A stretch of 64,000 nt of DNA from Paragordius varius (lineage: Eukaryota; Animalia; Nematomorpha), in the NCBI GenBank assembly GCA_964247055.1, contig OZ176054.1:10540001-10604000 (forward strand), written 5' to 3'. Shown here in pieces: positions 12,363-25,517 of this stretch. Within the stretch, counting starts at the first letter, position 1. Each line of letters starts with the position of its first letter. The position numbers and the translations under genes are program-made. The notes under the pieces are model-generated. The model did not search any database, was not told the origin of the DNA, and saw nothing but the letters and a program-made list of their open reading frames with translations.

Positions 12363-15300
12363 GAAGTCAATTAATATAATATATTAATCAGTCATATTAT
12401 TAGTAATTCCCATAATAACCCAGATTGTGTGAAAAAATATATGGGTCTATTTGCATCATGACCCTTTTTATAGAAATATAAAAAAACTAGAAAATTTTAT
12501 AAAAAAAATCAAAAAAAAAAGATTATTAGATCACAAATAATTTATTTTTGGTGCATTATAAGGATTGGATAACTCCTAAAAAATACTGTTAAACTTGAAA
12601 AGATTTTATAATTTAAGAATAAAGCCTTAAATAAAATCTAATTATGTGGGAGAAGAGAGGGTCATTATAGATGCCACTGAATATAGGTGTTTAATTGTTT
12701 GTTATTAGGGAAATATAAAAATGTAATATAAAGAATTTTTTTCGCTTTTTCACGTTTTAATGATATAAGCAAGAAAAAAAACAGGAAAAATTTGCATACT
12801 CACCCATTAAAAAAGTTTCTCTAATAACAATTTACACCAATATAATCAATAATGTTGATGTTTTAATGAGGATAAAATAAGCGCCAAGCGTTCAAAAATA
12901 AAAGTCAAAAAAGTTATTTTTATATAAAAAGTTATCTAACTACCTGAAAAACTATCACTTTTTAACAAAATAATAACTTTAAAAAATTTTCCAATAGCTG
13001 TCTCATACACATATGGTTAAACTTCAACCATATATGTTATAATATCAATTAATTTAAATACACGCGGTATAAAGTACTTAATTACAATAAAATAGAAATT
13101 ATATAGCGTAAAAATTATAAATATTTCTTTTGAACAACTATACGCTCAAACCTTGATTTTTCTCATATAAATCATTTACCTAAATTTCAATTTAAAGGTG
13201 TGTTAAAAATTGAAATCTCTGATCGCCTTTTTAAACCCAAAATAATGGGTTAAATACAAAAAATTTAAAGTTTAAAAAGTTAACTATTTGATTTGTCCAT
13301 TTTGTCTGTATATAATTTTAATTTTTAGTGAGAATATTATGAATAAAGAAATTTCCATAATACCTTTTGGGAAATAATCATCTGTATTATCAATATTATC
13401 ATTATTATTGCTATTGTGATTTAGGAATGTATCGTATGATTTAAAAGTTTGCTGGGGGCTATTATTGTATTTACCATTTTGAGGTAATGAACCGTTTTGT
13501 GAACAAAACTGATATCTATATGGGGATTAACATGATATATAATTAAAACATGTAAAAACAAATAATTTATTTGAGGGTAAATTTGAATAGTTCAAGGGTG
13601 ATTATGAATTGTAGGGTGAATTTGAATTGTAAATGGTATAATATATGTATTAATTTAAGAAAACTTTCGATTAAAATATAACCAATATCAGTGTACAATG
13701 CACAGTATAAAAGTTGAATTAAATGTATATTAATGTTGTGAAAGGTTGAAATTTTCACGCATGTAGCTAATTTTATAAATAATAGACTATAAAAGTTATT
13801 GATTAAGTGAAAACTTTTATCATATTGTTTCTACATCTGATTTTAAATTTTTGACCTTAAACAGTCAGACTAGTTGTCATTCCTTGAACGCAGATCAAAA
13901 ACCAAATTAATCTTAACTAATATTATAAAACTTTTCACAACAAAACGGGAAAAGAAAAACCATCATACTCTAATGCTTCATGATATTGTGGAGGGCATGT
14001 CCGTTTTTGTTCAATCATCAGTTCATAATTGACGCGTTTCATAATGTCCGTAAAAATGAGGACAATCTGTATGGCAAAACTCAAACCAAATAGTATAAGG
14101 GCAAGAGTTATACTGAGTAAACTAGCCGTTCGCCCTATGGACTGGGGTATAACACCATTTTCTTTGACCCAAAACCAAAGGCTGTATAGCATGCTTGACC
14201 AGGTAAAATTTTGTATAACGACCCTTTTTTCCTCAAAATTAACATTATTATCGCTATTGTGGTTAAAGTATTCGTCAACTAGAAGGATAAATAAAAATTG
14301 CAATTGTAACGGGGACAAAAACGTAAAAATATAAAGACAAATAATTTTTTTTCAAAAGATAACCACATTATTTTAAACCTTAATTTTTCGTGTGTAAACA
14401 TATTTTAATAGCAGTTTTAAAATATACAATTGATTGTTATCGCTAATTTAACAATGAGTAATAATTACAAAAAAATTAAGATTTAAAAAGTATGGTTGTT
14501 TATTAAAGAAAATAATTGTGATTATATTTTTATGTTTCCGTATAATTTCAAGTTTTACTGTAAAAGGATTACAGCATATACAGTCGAAATTGAAACTGTA
14601 TAGGCAAAACCTCTTGAAAAAAACCATACTTTTTAAACCTTATTTTTCATGTGTTAACATAACATAATTGCAAATAACTATATAATTTAATATGTTACCA
14701 CTAATTTCCAATTTCTCATTTTCTATAAATTTAAAGCGGTCTTTTGAATAAATATCTGTATGTATAATTTTACGCTTTGTATCCGTATAATAATTTTTAT
14801 GTTTTATTTACGATAAAGATTACTTGTAATAATCAAAATTCATATTTTATAATTATATTCGATTATCTGAAACTATTGTATATAAGTAAAAATTTGTTAG
14901 TTTGACAATAAAATTGTCAGATAGATTAATTTATTTTATAAAATATAACAATTTTGTCATAGCTCATAGAAAAACAATGTTGTATTTTCATTCTTGCTTT
15001 TATAATTATAATATAAAGGCTATATCTGGCAAAATTCATAAAGCGAAAATCAATTGAAAATGCAATAAAAAGTAGCGTATAGTATGTAGTTTATCGTTTT
15101 GGCAATCAAAAAAGTTAATGGCAAAAACATGATTAGTTACAACAATTAATTACTAAGAAAAACTTTAAATAAAAAAATATTTATACTATCGGGGTAGGTA
15201 GGTATTCCGGATATGAGTAAAGCCAAAGCATTAGTGAAGCATGAAAAAAGTAGAATGGTTCTAGAGAAATACAGTAAAAGTTGAAATTATACGGACTAAA

Positions 15301-18300
15301 GGTAAAAATATAAGGACAAAAATAATAACCATACTTTTTAAATGTTGATTAAACTCTTTGATTTAAATTGATTATATAGAAATGTAAATTGGTAACACAA
15401 TCAATCATGTATTTTACTATTGTAATTTAATGATTTTTATAGGATAAATTAAGGTGCACAAAAGTATGGTTGTCATTTGAGGAAAAAAATTTTGCCTTTA
15501 CATTTTTACGTTTTATCCGTATTCAATTTTTCCACTGTATATATGTATATATGATAAAAATGAGCGTGTAATTTATGTTTATGATAGCAAATTTGAAATA
15601 AACTATGTTTAAGAGTAATTAAAATAACCTTATAGGTTTAAAAGGGGATTTTATAGCCATATTTGGGGAATAATATTCAGTTGCATTGATAGAGCCAATA
15701 TTAGAGAGATGATCTGATAGAGCGCCAAACAAAAGCGAAAACACGGTATAAGATACGGAAAGTAAGAAAAAAATACCACCAATTGCTGTATAATTTATAT
15801 TATTATGAGTAATATCAATATTTCCATTCTCATTAATGTTTGCATTTGCATTGTGGGATGGTGTACCGTTCAAGGATTTAAACATAAACAAGAAAACATT
15901 GTTTCCAGTCACATCTAATATAAAATATGAAGTAAAAAATCTTAAAATTCAAAAACATTATGAAAAATAAAGTTAATAGTAAGTAAGCATAAAAACATCC
16001 TTTCACATTAAGAAATTTTCGGTTGTCTTTTTTTAGATCAATAATAATGATTATTTATATTAGGTATTTTATATAAATTACAATAAATGGTTATAAATTA
16101 CAAAATTTCTTTAATTGAAAAAATTAATTATATGTCCCTTCCTTACATCATCGGCCAGAATGAGTTTTTTTAACCATTTAACTAGTTAATAATTTATGCT
16201 CGTTATCATGCAATATTGACATTTTAAATAAAAATATTTTAAATATACCCTTTAAAAGGCATTAATTAATAAATGAATTTTTGAATTTTAATAAGCCAAA
16301 AATATAAATATTTTATTTGATTTAATTAATTTTTTTGAAATATTTGCGATTTAAAATTTATTATTGATTATTCGGAAACCAAAAATTACATATATCTTTA
16401 GATTAAAAGGTCATGCATGATACAACAGATAATAAGCCACGCCTTTTGGCCCGGTATATTTCCATTTTTTACTGTTTCTTATTCATGATGATATGATATT
16501 GCCGGCGATGCTTATGCCATTAGCTTTATCAATATTTAATACACTTTCTATGCAAACGTTAAAAAGAGTCGGTGAGAGGACCGCATCCTTGTCGTCACAT
16601 GACATCAAACTCAAAACAAAAATCCAATTAGTTAAATCCTAATATTCCCAAGTATGCAATACGCGTCAGAAAGTTGAACAATAAAAAAAAGGATGACGAA
16701 AGATACATTAACGCCTTCGAAATGTGGTGCTGGCGGAAGATACTACAATCACCTGAAAAGACAAAATTAAAAACACTGTAATCCTTGAAAAATAAATCCT
16801 GAGATACACCTGATTGGCATGTGCCTCAAAATGAAGTTATCATACTTTGATCACATTACCAGAGCTAATGACTTGGAATTCCAACTAATGATAGGCAAGG
16901 TCGAAGGATCCAGGAAACGTGGACGCTGCAAGATGCGCTGGATCAAAAACCTAACCAAAGAAACCAATCTTTCTTTACAACAGCTAACAGCACACGCGCT
17001 TACAATCAAATAAACCAGAAAAATATACATTCGAAAAAGCAATAAATAAACAACGACCTTTGCTATATTAATATTCATGAATCAAAGAGTAAATAAAAAT
17101 AATATACCATTTTCTCCATAAGTTTGAGGTCTCCAATGATTCGAAATATAACGGATATGCGGTTCCAGTGTAACTTCCACGAAACTTAGTGTACAAGTCC
17201 CGACAAATAAAATGGCATAGTTTAAGCCAAGGGAATAGTGGATAGAAAATAGATGAAAAAATTTCATAGGTGATATTAAACGCTTTAGTCGAGTTTTTAA
17301 CCAATTTGTAGGTAAAACATCAATATTAGTGTATTGATTCTGGTTAAGAGATGCATTATTTTGTCTATTGTCACCGCAAAAAGTGTCACCCAAATCCCCA
17401 TTACTGTTTAATTGAAGGGAGAGTAGGGGTGTTTTTTCATTATTCCATGTTTTAGTATTCGGTTGATTAGAGCAAACATCCGATGACACGCAATTTTTTA
17501 ATAATGCGTTTGTGTTTGGGGTAGGAATATGATCGTTATTAAAGTTGTAAGAAGAAGGCATTATAAGGTTATTCGGAATGAAGTACCAAGCAAACGCTAA
17601 AAGGACCAGTAGAAAAAAACCGGTTATCGTGAAAGGAAGATTATATCCACCTAACTATAGAATAAAGAGAAAAAAGAATGAAATTATTTGCAAAAATTAA
17701 AACAAATGAGAATTATAGAGTCAAACCACTATTGTGTGGATATTTTTTAAAAGTTAACCCTATTTAATCATTTTTTATAAATTTGTACTTTTCGTTTGCA
17801 GTCAGTCCCATGTATTATTAAATAAAAATATTAAGGATAAAAGAAAAAAAAATACGTAAAAATGCGCAAAAAAGTACCAAATATAGATAGGATCCAATCG
17901 GTGGACCTAAAGCATATCCCAATCCACTGCATGTTTCTATGATACCCTAAATATATTAAGCATTTATGTATACACATATATATGTATGTATATGTAGTGT
18001 ATAGAGTCTAAAAATGTAGTTATTTTTTAATTTTTTAGTATTTAATTTAGCCCATTTTTTGGATTCTAAAAGCGGGTTAATTTCACTATTCAAACACATG
18101 AAAATTTAAAAAAAATTGCATTTTTTACCTTATAAAATTTTTGCCATGGTTTATCATAATAATTCTGTATTTTTAAGCTTTTCAATTTAAGCCAAATATA
18201 AATTTAAACCGATAATTTAAATATCTCAAATCTTAACTGAGTTAGGCATGTCTTAAATCCACTGATTGAATCCTATTTATATTTGGTATATCATGTCACA

Positions 18301-21300
18301 TTATAATCTATATCATGCTGCTTATTACACTAGACAACAAATTTTAACTTTTTTTAACTGCCATTCTTGTAAATTTAAAATTTATTTCATTAAAGTACAT
18401 AATTAGTATATCTGAAAAGAAAATTGGTCTAGTATTCAAGATTTTTTTTACATTAGAGTTTATCAATATTTTTTGGCCCCGATTTAACATTAAACTCGAA
18501 ATTTCGAAAATTAAAAGTTTTAGATATGAAGCCATGTATTTTATATCATTCGAAAAAGCGCAAAAAACTGCATCTTTTAAATGGTAGGTCATTTATATCA
18601 ATCGGATGTAAATATTATTTGGATTTAAATGGTCGAAATTTTCATCCCTTAAATAAGTCAAGAATTTTCACAGACAAACTAATTTGAAAATAAATTATTT
18701 TAAAATAATTATTAGGGTTATATTAGTATTAAATTTAAAAAAACTGTTTGAAAAAGCTTTTGGTTTTCTTTTTTAATAAAAATTATTATTATCATAAATA
18801 TTTTACCTAGTGGATACTAAAATGGTTATAACTGTAAATTTATTACATAATGGCTAAAAAGATCAAAAATACCTTAAACTTTGTTTTTATCTTTAAAATT
18901 TCAAAATTATCAGCCTCGTAAAGAAAATAAATTAATATTGTTGAGATGGTAATTTTTAAAAAACAAAAAAACTTAAAAATGGCTGTTTTGAGTGGTATAT
19001 AAGCAATAAAAAAATGTTTTAATCAAAAAAACTTTCTTGTGTTATCTTTTTTGGACATTCATCACCATCTAAACAAAGTTAACGCTATTTTCATCCATTA
19101 GTTTTAAAAATATATAATTAAAAATGCTCTCGCTTCGCGCGTTTGTCGCTCTCTGTGTCCAATATTAAATGTCGATGTCATACATATTAGTATACATATT
19201 ATAGAGTTTTTAATACTCTTTCGAATGATATATTACAAATGGGCATTACTTGTATATTTTCAAAAAAACATTTTTTAGTAAAATTTTGATAAAGAGGGCG
19301 CATAATCTAAAAAATCAAATTATACAAAATTTTTCCACCGCCTTATAATTTTTATATAAGATTTACTGTTAAAATGATACTAAATATCAGAAAATTCAAA
19401 AAACTCGATTGGCAGAAAAATTTGTTGTCCAGTGTTATTAATAAATTTAATATCCACCATCTTAATTGCGAAAATTTTCGGTTTGGAGTGTCTTAACTCT
19501 GATTTTGTCAGAAACAAATTTATAAAAGACGGCTGATGCATAAGTGTTAAAATAAAGTTTAACAGTGTGTGATATGGTGGTTTAGCATGGGAGGAAATAT
19601 GAGTATCATAAAAAAAGCAAAACAAGTTGATAAGTTTTTGAAGTCAATCAAAAATATGATATTATAAAAAAAAGATTTAAAATACTCACTCGATCATTAT
19701 GGTGAACGAAACTGTAAATTAAAAAATTTCACAAGATATACCAACTAATAGGAAATTGATTTTGCATTTTTATCTATGCTTTTTTGTGAAAGGAAGTGGG
19801 CAAGATTTTAATTTAAGGTAGGGAACCACTGTCTTCATCCATTGTTTATAACAGTATGTATTAACATAATTATATAATCCCAAACTCCAAGGATTATTAA
19901 ACTCCAACAATAAATATTAAATGCAAATGTAAATAAACCCATAATAAAGTAAATGAAGATACTGTTTTAGCAAAGAGCTTATTTAAAATCGCCTGAAACG
20001 GGCTAAAAATATTATATAAAAAAGTATTTCGATTTATTATACAATGTTTTCCTTACTTTTTTATTCATTATAAAAATGGATGACAAAAAAAGCAAGGCTA
20101 AAAACTACAAAGTGCACAAACCTCAAGTATTTTTTTGGAATAGGGTTAATATTGACTAACAATGAAATATCGAGAAATTATAATATTAATTGACCCAAAA
20201 ATAAAACCCAAACTAGAGATGACAAATGGGATTAAAACCAAAAACGGTTCCCATTCCAATACCTGATATAAACCTTTACATGGAAGTAAAGAAAATTTAT
20301 TTTCTTTTAAAAAATGTAATAATTAAAGAATAAAATTATTTAGTTTTTTTTACCATATACCATTTGGACTTAAAATTTGTTCTTAAACATTTCAAGTTGG
20401 TCCTTGAACACTTCTAGTTGATTCTTGAATATTTAAAGTTGGTCCTTTAATTATTTTTTTTGTTAACTTTTATTGATCGAATCATATCATTTTTATCATT
20501 TTACATATTTTGAAACAATTAATTCAAGTACCGTATATCTTATTTATTTTTTAAAAAAATATTTTATTTTAAAATAAATAAGTAATTAAAAATATACAAG
20601 TTTTGTGGATTATTAATTGTGATTTTTCGATAAAAACATTAATAATTTGAAAATATTGTTAAATTGGAAAAATTAATTCAACATAAAAAAAATTTTTTTG
20701 AAAATGAAAATTGTTAATTTCAAATAAAAAATACTGTTAAATGAATTATTAGGTCAAAAATAAAAAAATAGATTAGAACATACAAAAATATTGGTGTATG
20801 CAATGAAATTAATGACCATCTGGAAGTTTTTAAGGTTAAGGACACGCTTGAAGTGCAAATGGTATATTTAAACGAGGCGAAAATTGAATTGAAAAAAAAA
20901 CAAGTATTTGGAAAGTGTGTTAAAAATTTAATCATGACAAAATACTATTATAGTTCCCATTTTTGAAGGATATAACTCAACTGTAAGCACATATGAGGTT
21001 GTCATGTATGCGGCACATCCTATACCTTGAATTAGTCTTAAAATAAATGAGATTGCAATAAAAGCGTTACAGTGAACGCTTTGTCGAAGATCAGTGGACT
21101 GTTTAACAGTTATTAAAGTATTATTAGTTAAATTGGTGAGAATTCCAGAATTTAAAGCTAGTAAATGAGACGAGTTATTAAAAAATGTTTCTTTGGATCC
21201 ATAGTAGGTAAAATATAGTTGGCCTGATTTGAGTGTTAAATAGGGAGTAAATCCAAATACAAGCGTAGATATTGCACTAATTAGAATTCCCACCAAATAA

Positions 21301-21665
21301 AGTCGTTTGATTCCAATACTATACATCTAACATTTTAAATTTAATAATTACGTAAAGACCAAATATGGGAGCCATGAAAAATTGTATTCCCTGAAAAACT
21401 CCAAAAATAGCACCAATCCAAAACTGAGATACTTGTTTACTTTCAGCCTTAAAATTAATTTAAAAAACCAAACTTCTCTAGGAAAAAACGGGGCTATTAT
21501 CGAAAATCCGAGCGATATAACAAACTCAAGTAGACATATAATGCACACAGCTTTAAATTTTTGAATTCGTACAATGCGGCGGAGTTTGATGCAGGCTTTA
21601 CTAATAACTGAATATACATAACCGGCATTACATCTAATATCTTCCATAGAACCTACCCGTGTCAT
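12131..21665 (-). CDS. SLC18B1: MFS-type transporter, SLC18B1-like (vesicular amine transporter family), 9 exons, ~720 aa
   Basis: Manually built exons (minus): 21474-21665, 21352-21447, 20946-21326, 17878-17946, 17108-17654, 15629-15914, 15187-15260, 13961-14278, 12131-12330. The total is 2163 nt, with all junctions GT-AG and in phase. Motifs: FSIIAPFFPREAE, LRLIQGIG, GIIETCSGLGYALGPPIG, GGYNLPF, FGALSD, SLVSGLFSS...IGSFVGP. The last-exon boundaries and true C-terminus are less certain. Confidence 0.88.
12331..12360. repeat. (TA)n microsatellite; others at ~6697, 7089, 30476, 33842, 41791, 53035, 58480, 59742 and 63535
   Basis: Directly visible dinucleotide runs. Confidence 0.95.
14296..14800. 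mobile_element. Two adjacent family G MITE copies (~14296-14560 and ~14581-14800), SLC18B1 intron 7
   Basis: Same TIR blocks as 15272-15537. The first ends TTTTACTG|TA at 14560 and the second starts TA|CAGTCGAAATTGAAA at 14581. Confidence 0.7.
15272..15537. mobile_element. Tc1/mariner-type MITE family G (~260 bp), SLC18B1 intron 6
   Basis: TA|CAGTAAAAGTTGAAATT...AATTTTTCCACTG|TA, with long imperfect TIRs containing TACGGAC..AA.GTAAAAATATAA.GAC and AACCATACTTTT/AAAAGTATGGTT. Confidence 0.8.
16485..17010. mobile_element. RTE-clade (BovB-like) LINE fragment with 5' inversion, inside SLC18B1 intron 5
   Basis: Plus strand ~16598-17010 reads DIKLKTKIQLVK...YASES*TIKKK...INAFEMWCWRKILQ...YFDHITRANDLEFQLMIGKVEGSRKRGRCKMRWI, the RTE ORF C-terminus. 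Minus strand ~16485-16598 reads RQGC/VLSPTLFNVCIESVL...GISIAG, an RT domain segment with one frameshift. Confidence 0.85.
20356..20866. mobile_element. MITE family I, copy 1 (SLC18B1 intron 3)
   Basis: Termini TATACCATTTG...CAAATGGTATA, with subterminal ~21-bp repeats CTTGAACACTTCAAGTTGGTC; related to 34070-34532. Confidence 0.65.
21327..21351 (-). other. 25-nt intron (SLC18B1 intron 2)
   Basis: GTAATTATTAAATTTAAAATGTTAG; removal gives APIFGLY|MYSIGIKRLYLVG. Confidence 0.88.
21448..21473 (-). other. 26-nt intron (SLC18B1 intron 1)
   Basis: GTTTGGTTTTTTAAATTAATTTTAAG; removal gives PFFPRE|AESKQVSQFWIGAIFG, matching the SLC18B1-type PFFPKEAE...IGMIFG. Confidence 0.88.
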
Positions 21666-22989
21666 AAATAAAATTAATGCCCAGATTTGTCAAACCATGT
21701 GTGGTTCAAATGTGTAAATGAGTGTAGCAAATTTAAACTTTGTATGCAAAATAACGCTTCTTACCACTTGATTACTTTTTTACTTTTTTCCTTTTGCTAC
21801 TAAAGCTCAATTTTGTAAATAAGTTATAGTATTGAGTTATTTAATTAATATTTAATTATCAAACATTGTTCTAATGTAAATAAATAATTTTATATTTTTT
21901 ACAGTTTTGTGACTTCTAGAGCCTATAATTGGGACAGCTTCAAAACATCATTTAAACAAACAGTTAATATTATATATCAAGTTTTGCTAGTAAAATGTAG
22001 CCTGATATCTTTAAGTTAATTATTTACATTTTTTAACCATATAACAAATATTTATTCGCCTGTTGCAGTAGCGATTTAAAAAAAAATCGAGAAAAAAATG
22101 GCGGCGAAAAAGTTTGCTATGAGGATTAAAATTTTACATTTGCAAAATATTTTTGAATGCGCTTAAAGGCTAAAGAAACCATAAAAATTTGGTCCAATGC
22201 CTTATACAAATTCCCCAGGAAAGTGTTTGACTGAACACGTATGGCTTCTGAAGTTTTTTGAAAATTGGCTCCAAAACTACGTCTATTTTGTATGGCGTCT
22301 CAATTTTAAACCGTTAGATCCTACCCATAGACCTATATGAAAAAAGCGCTGAGTTGAATTCTTTGCCTTTATAGGGCAAATATTTGGAATCATCTTTGAT
22401 ACCATCGTCTCTTGGGTTATTTGAAAAAATACCTCAACACTAAATAATCGTTATATGATGGCGTATTTTTAGGGCATAAAGGCGCCAAATTAACGGCTAA
22501 TAAAAAAGGCCTGACCTTAATTTTTACCTAGTTACGAGTAATTTTTTAAGCTTTTAATAAGCTCAGATGGATCATAAATTTTCTGTAAATTAGCTCCAAA
22601 ACAACGCAATTTCTATATACTGGCGCAGTTTTTGGCGAGTAGCTCCTAACCCAGGGGAAGATATAAACAAAGTGTTGGGCAAAATTTTTGCCTTTTAGGG
22701 CGCCGGACTCTCACACTGCGTGCCTGAGCTCGAACCCCGAAACTACGCATTTTTTCCATCATCACTGTTAGCCCTGGGCAGGCGAGTGTTAAAGCCTTCA
22801 CAAGTCCGGATACAATTTAAGTCCTTACCCTTTAATAAAAAAGGAAAAAAGAGACTCTAAACTGTCTATTTTTTTATCTGTTACCCAGCGGCCAATATTA
22901 AAAAACGCAAGATTAAAATTTTTGCCTTTTAACAGAAAATCGAATCCTCAGTGAATTTTAACGGTCTCATACCCTGGGCAAAAAATTAT

Positions 22990-23340
22990 TTAGATTTTTT
23001 GAAAAAAATGGTTTACGGGGGAACGGGTAAAAAGAGAGCTAAATTAAAAAAATAAGCCGACTAGGTCGGCGCAATCAAAAAGTAAAAATAATCATATTTG
23101 AAATCAAACGGTATTTTCAGAAAAATTGTCTTAAAGACACGATTTTTCTGGACTTGTGTTTTCAAAAAAACCCGTTATTTTACACGGGGTGGGTCCGAAC
23201 TGGGAGCTTAATTCAAACAACGGGCGAAGCTATTGACGGGGGATTCATGAATGATTATATTTTGACATTTGGATTTGAATAGGTCTAACGGTTTTCCGGA
23301 AACAGATCACAAAGCCAGCCTTTTCCATTTTTATAAATAT
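22990..23340. repeat. Interspersed repeat family B, copy 2
   Basis: Same orientation as 57330-57760 (TACACGGGGTGGGTCCGAACTGGG, GATCACAAAGCCAGC); boundaries approximate. Confidence 0.75.
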
Positions 23341-24539
23341 ATAATGATCGGAATAGAAATGCTGATATAAACAGTCCTTCCGAATCAGAAGATTTTTAAT
23401 TACGATGATTGTTATTTTTCTTTATAACAATATTTTACAAGTTAAAAAACATTTTTTGTTAAATTGTATTTTTATCACTCGCGACCCCAAATGGGGTCGC
23501 GACCCATAGTTTAAGAAACTGCTCTAGGATAATATAAAATTTTCCTATTGATAGTGAATATTTTTATCTCAAAATTTTAGGGAAAAAAATCGTTAATATC
23601 TTAAAATATATGTGTTTTTACAAAGTCAAATAAATGTGCAAGCAAAACCATTTTACTTAAATTCTGAGGTGATTAAAATGTTTAGCATTATCAAATTTTA
23701 TGTTTTTGTTGCTCCCCATAGCATAATACACTTTGACAAGATAAAAATTATAGTTTATGAATATTTGGATATATCTTTACCAAAAATATTAAATTTTTAT
23801 ATTTTTATTTTTTAATGTGGTCCCCCAAAGTTTCCAGTTCCACTGCGTTTATCATAGGTAAATATAAAAAAATATCCTATTAAATATACATATTTTGATA
23901 GAAAAATGTGTCAGGCATTAGGCAAACGAACTTTTAAATTTAAATCTGAAGTGATCAAAGATAATAAGCATCATCGAATTATATAAAGTGTTTTCATAGT
24001 AAAAATGTATTGCACCGTTTCAACATGCTCAAGATACTATATTTGCTTTACCAAAAAACAATTTTTTGATGTCAAAATTTAGCATATATATAAAAAAATT
24101 TACGCGCGCTTTCTGTTGCGTTTATTTTATAAGAATTATATCCCATTATATAAGTGCAAAAAAATGGGACTTCCAGATTTCACATTGTTGTGCTTTTTAC
24201 ATCATATTTTAGTTGTACTTTTGGTAATGAACCATTTTACTTCACCAAAAATTTTATATAACAAAATGAGTGCAAATTTTGTCATTTTGTGATATGGAGC
24301 AGTGACCACAATAGTGTAAATAACTTTCTTAGATCACTCGTAAGAGCCCCTAACAAAACGCACATAATTAATCGCGATATATTTTTCTATCAGATATATA
24401 TTTCATCAGATATTTTGTTAACAGTGTGTTTGGCTCTGTTCTTAAATCAAACGCAACAATGCGGAGTCGCGCTATCATATCTATAAATGGTTTTCCCACC
24501 CAAAAAAATTTTATCTTAAAGAATGCATACTTTGTTTTA

Positions 24540-24905
24540 AAATTTAATTTTTATCAACAAACCTATTTTATGGTATTTTGGACCATGTTTAAAACGGTAG
24601 GAAAACACTTTATATATGATGTTTAAATCGGCACAACCTGGTCATAATTCATCTTTGTTCAAAAAGTTGAGATTTCTGTTAACATAATAATCTCCCATTA
24701 TTCCTATACTTGCACTTATAGTGTGTTTTAGGAGATTTGCCTATTTTTCAAATCTAGAGGAGTGTCCTATTTTATAAATTAAATATTTTTCATTTCCAAA
24801 ATTTATTTACATTTCAATTACCATATGTTTTAATTGATAAAAATAAAAAAATCTTCCCAACTGATGGTTACTTTAAAATGTATGTTAAAAAGATGGCATA
24901 TAACA
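24540..24905. repeat. Diverged interspersed repeat family D; second copy at ~28115-28520
   Basis: Shared blocks CCTATTTTATGGTA.TTTGGA.CATG, CACTTTATATA, ATCTTTGT.CAAAAAGTTG, GTGTCCTATTTT, AAAAAGATGGC. Confidence 0.6.
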
Positions 24906-25517
24906 ATTCCTTTTAAGAGTGCAATATAAACTTTCTTTATTTAAATGAACAAGTCAATACATGTGCAAACTACAGGCAGGTATTTTCATTATAAATATAG
25001 AACATGGAATTTTAATGCTATATATATATTATTTTAAATCCATACAATAAATGAGTATTCAATTTATTACACGTATACTTTATTTTATCAAAAATTTAAT
25101 TTTTTTTGTTAAATGGCTATAAAGAATGGAAAACAAGAGCTCTATGGTAATAATTATACTTTTTTGATTAATATGATATTGTTTATACAGATCTCTTGTT
25201 TACCATCCTTAAACAAATATTTATACCCATTTAACGAAAGGAAATAAATTTTGATAAAATAAAGAATACATGACTGTAATTATTGTATCGATATAAAATA
25301 AGTCAAATTTTTAATCATAAAACATAAATAATAAAAGTTATCTAGTAAAGGGTGTAGCGCCTATCGTAAAATTCTCGGCAACCTGCCAGTAAAGGCATTC
25401 CAGACTCACATTAACGAAGCATGAGCGAAGAAACCCATTCGAAGTTCTATTCTAGGTACATAAAAGCGATTCTGTTAGATGTGTTGCTGTGATTTGGTAT
25501 GGGTACACTCTATATAT

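Noticed and set aside
22098-22110. YY1/Pho-like AAAATGGCGGCG upstream of SLC18B1
   Set aside because: The surrounding ~100 bp recurs inverted at ~51060-51180, so it belongs to an interspersed repeat and promoter function is unsupported.
25340-25500. GC-richer patch with a weak FF...WN pattern like a CR1/Jockey LINE 3' end (minus)
   Set aside because: Too short and degenerate to call.
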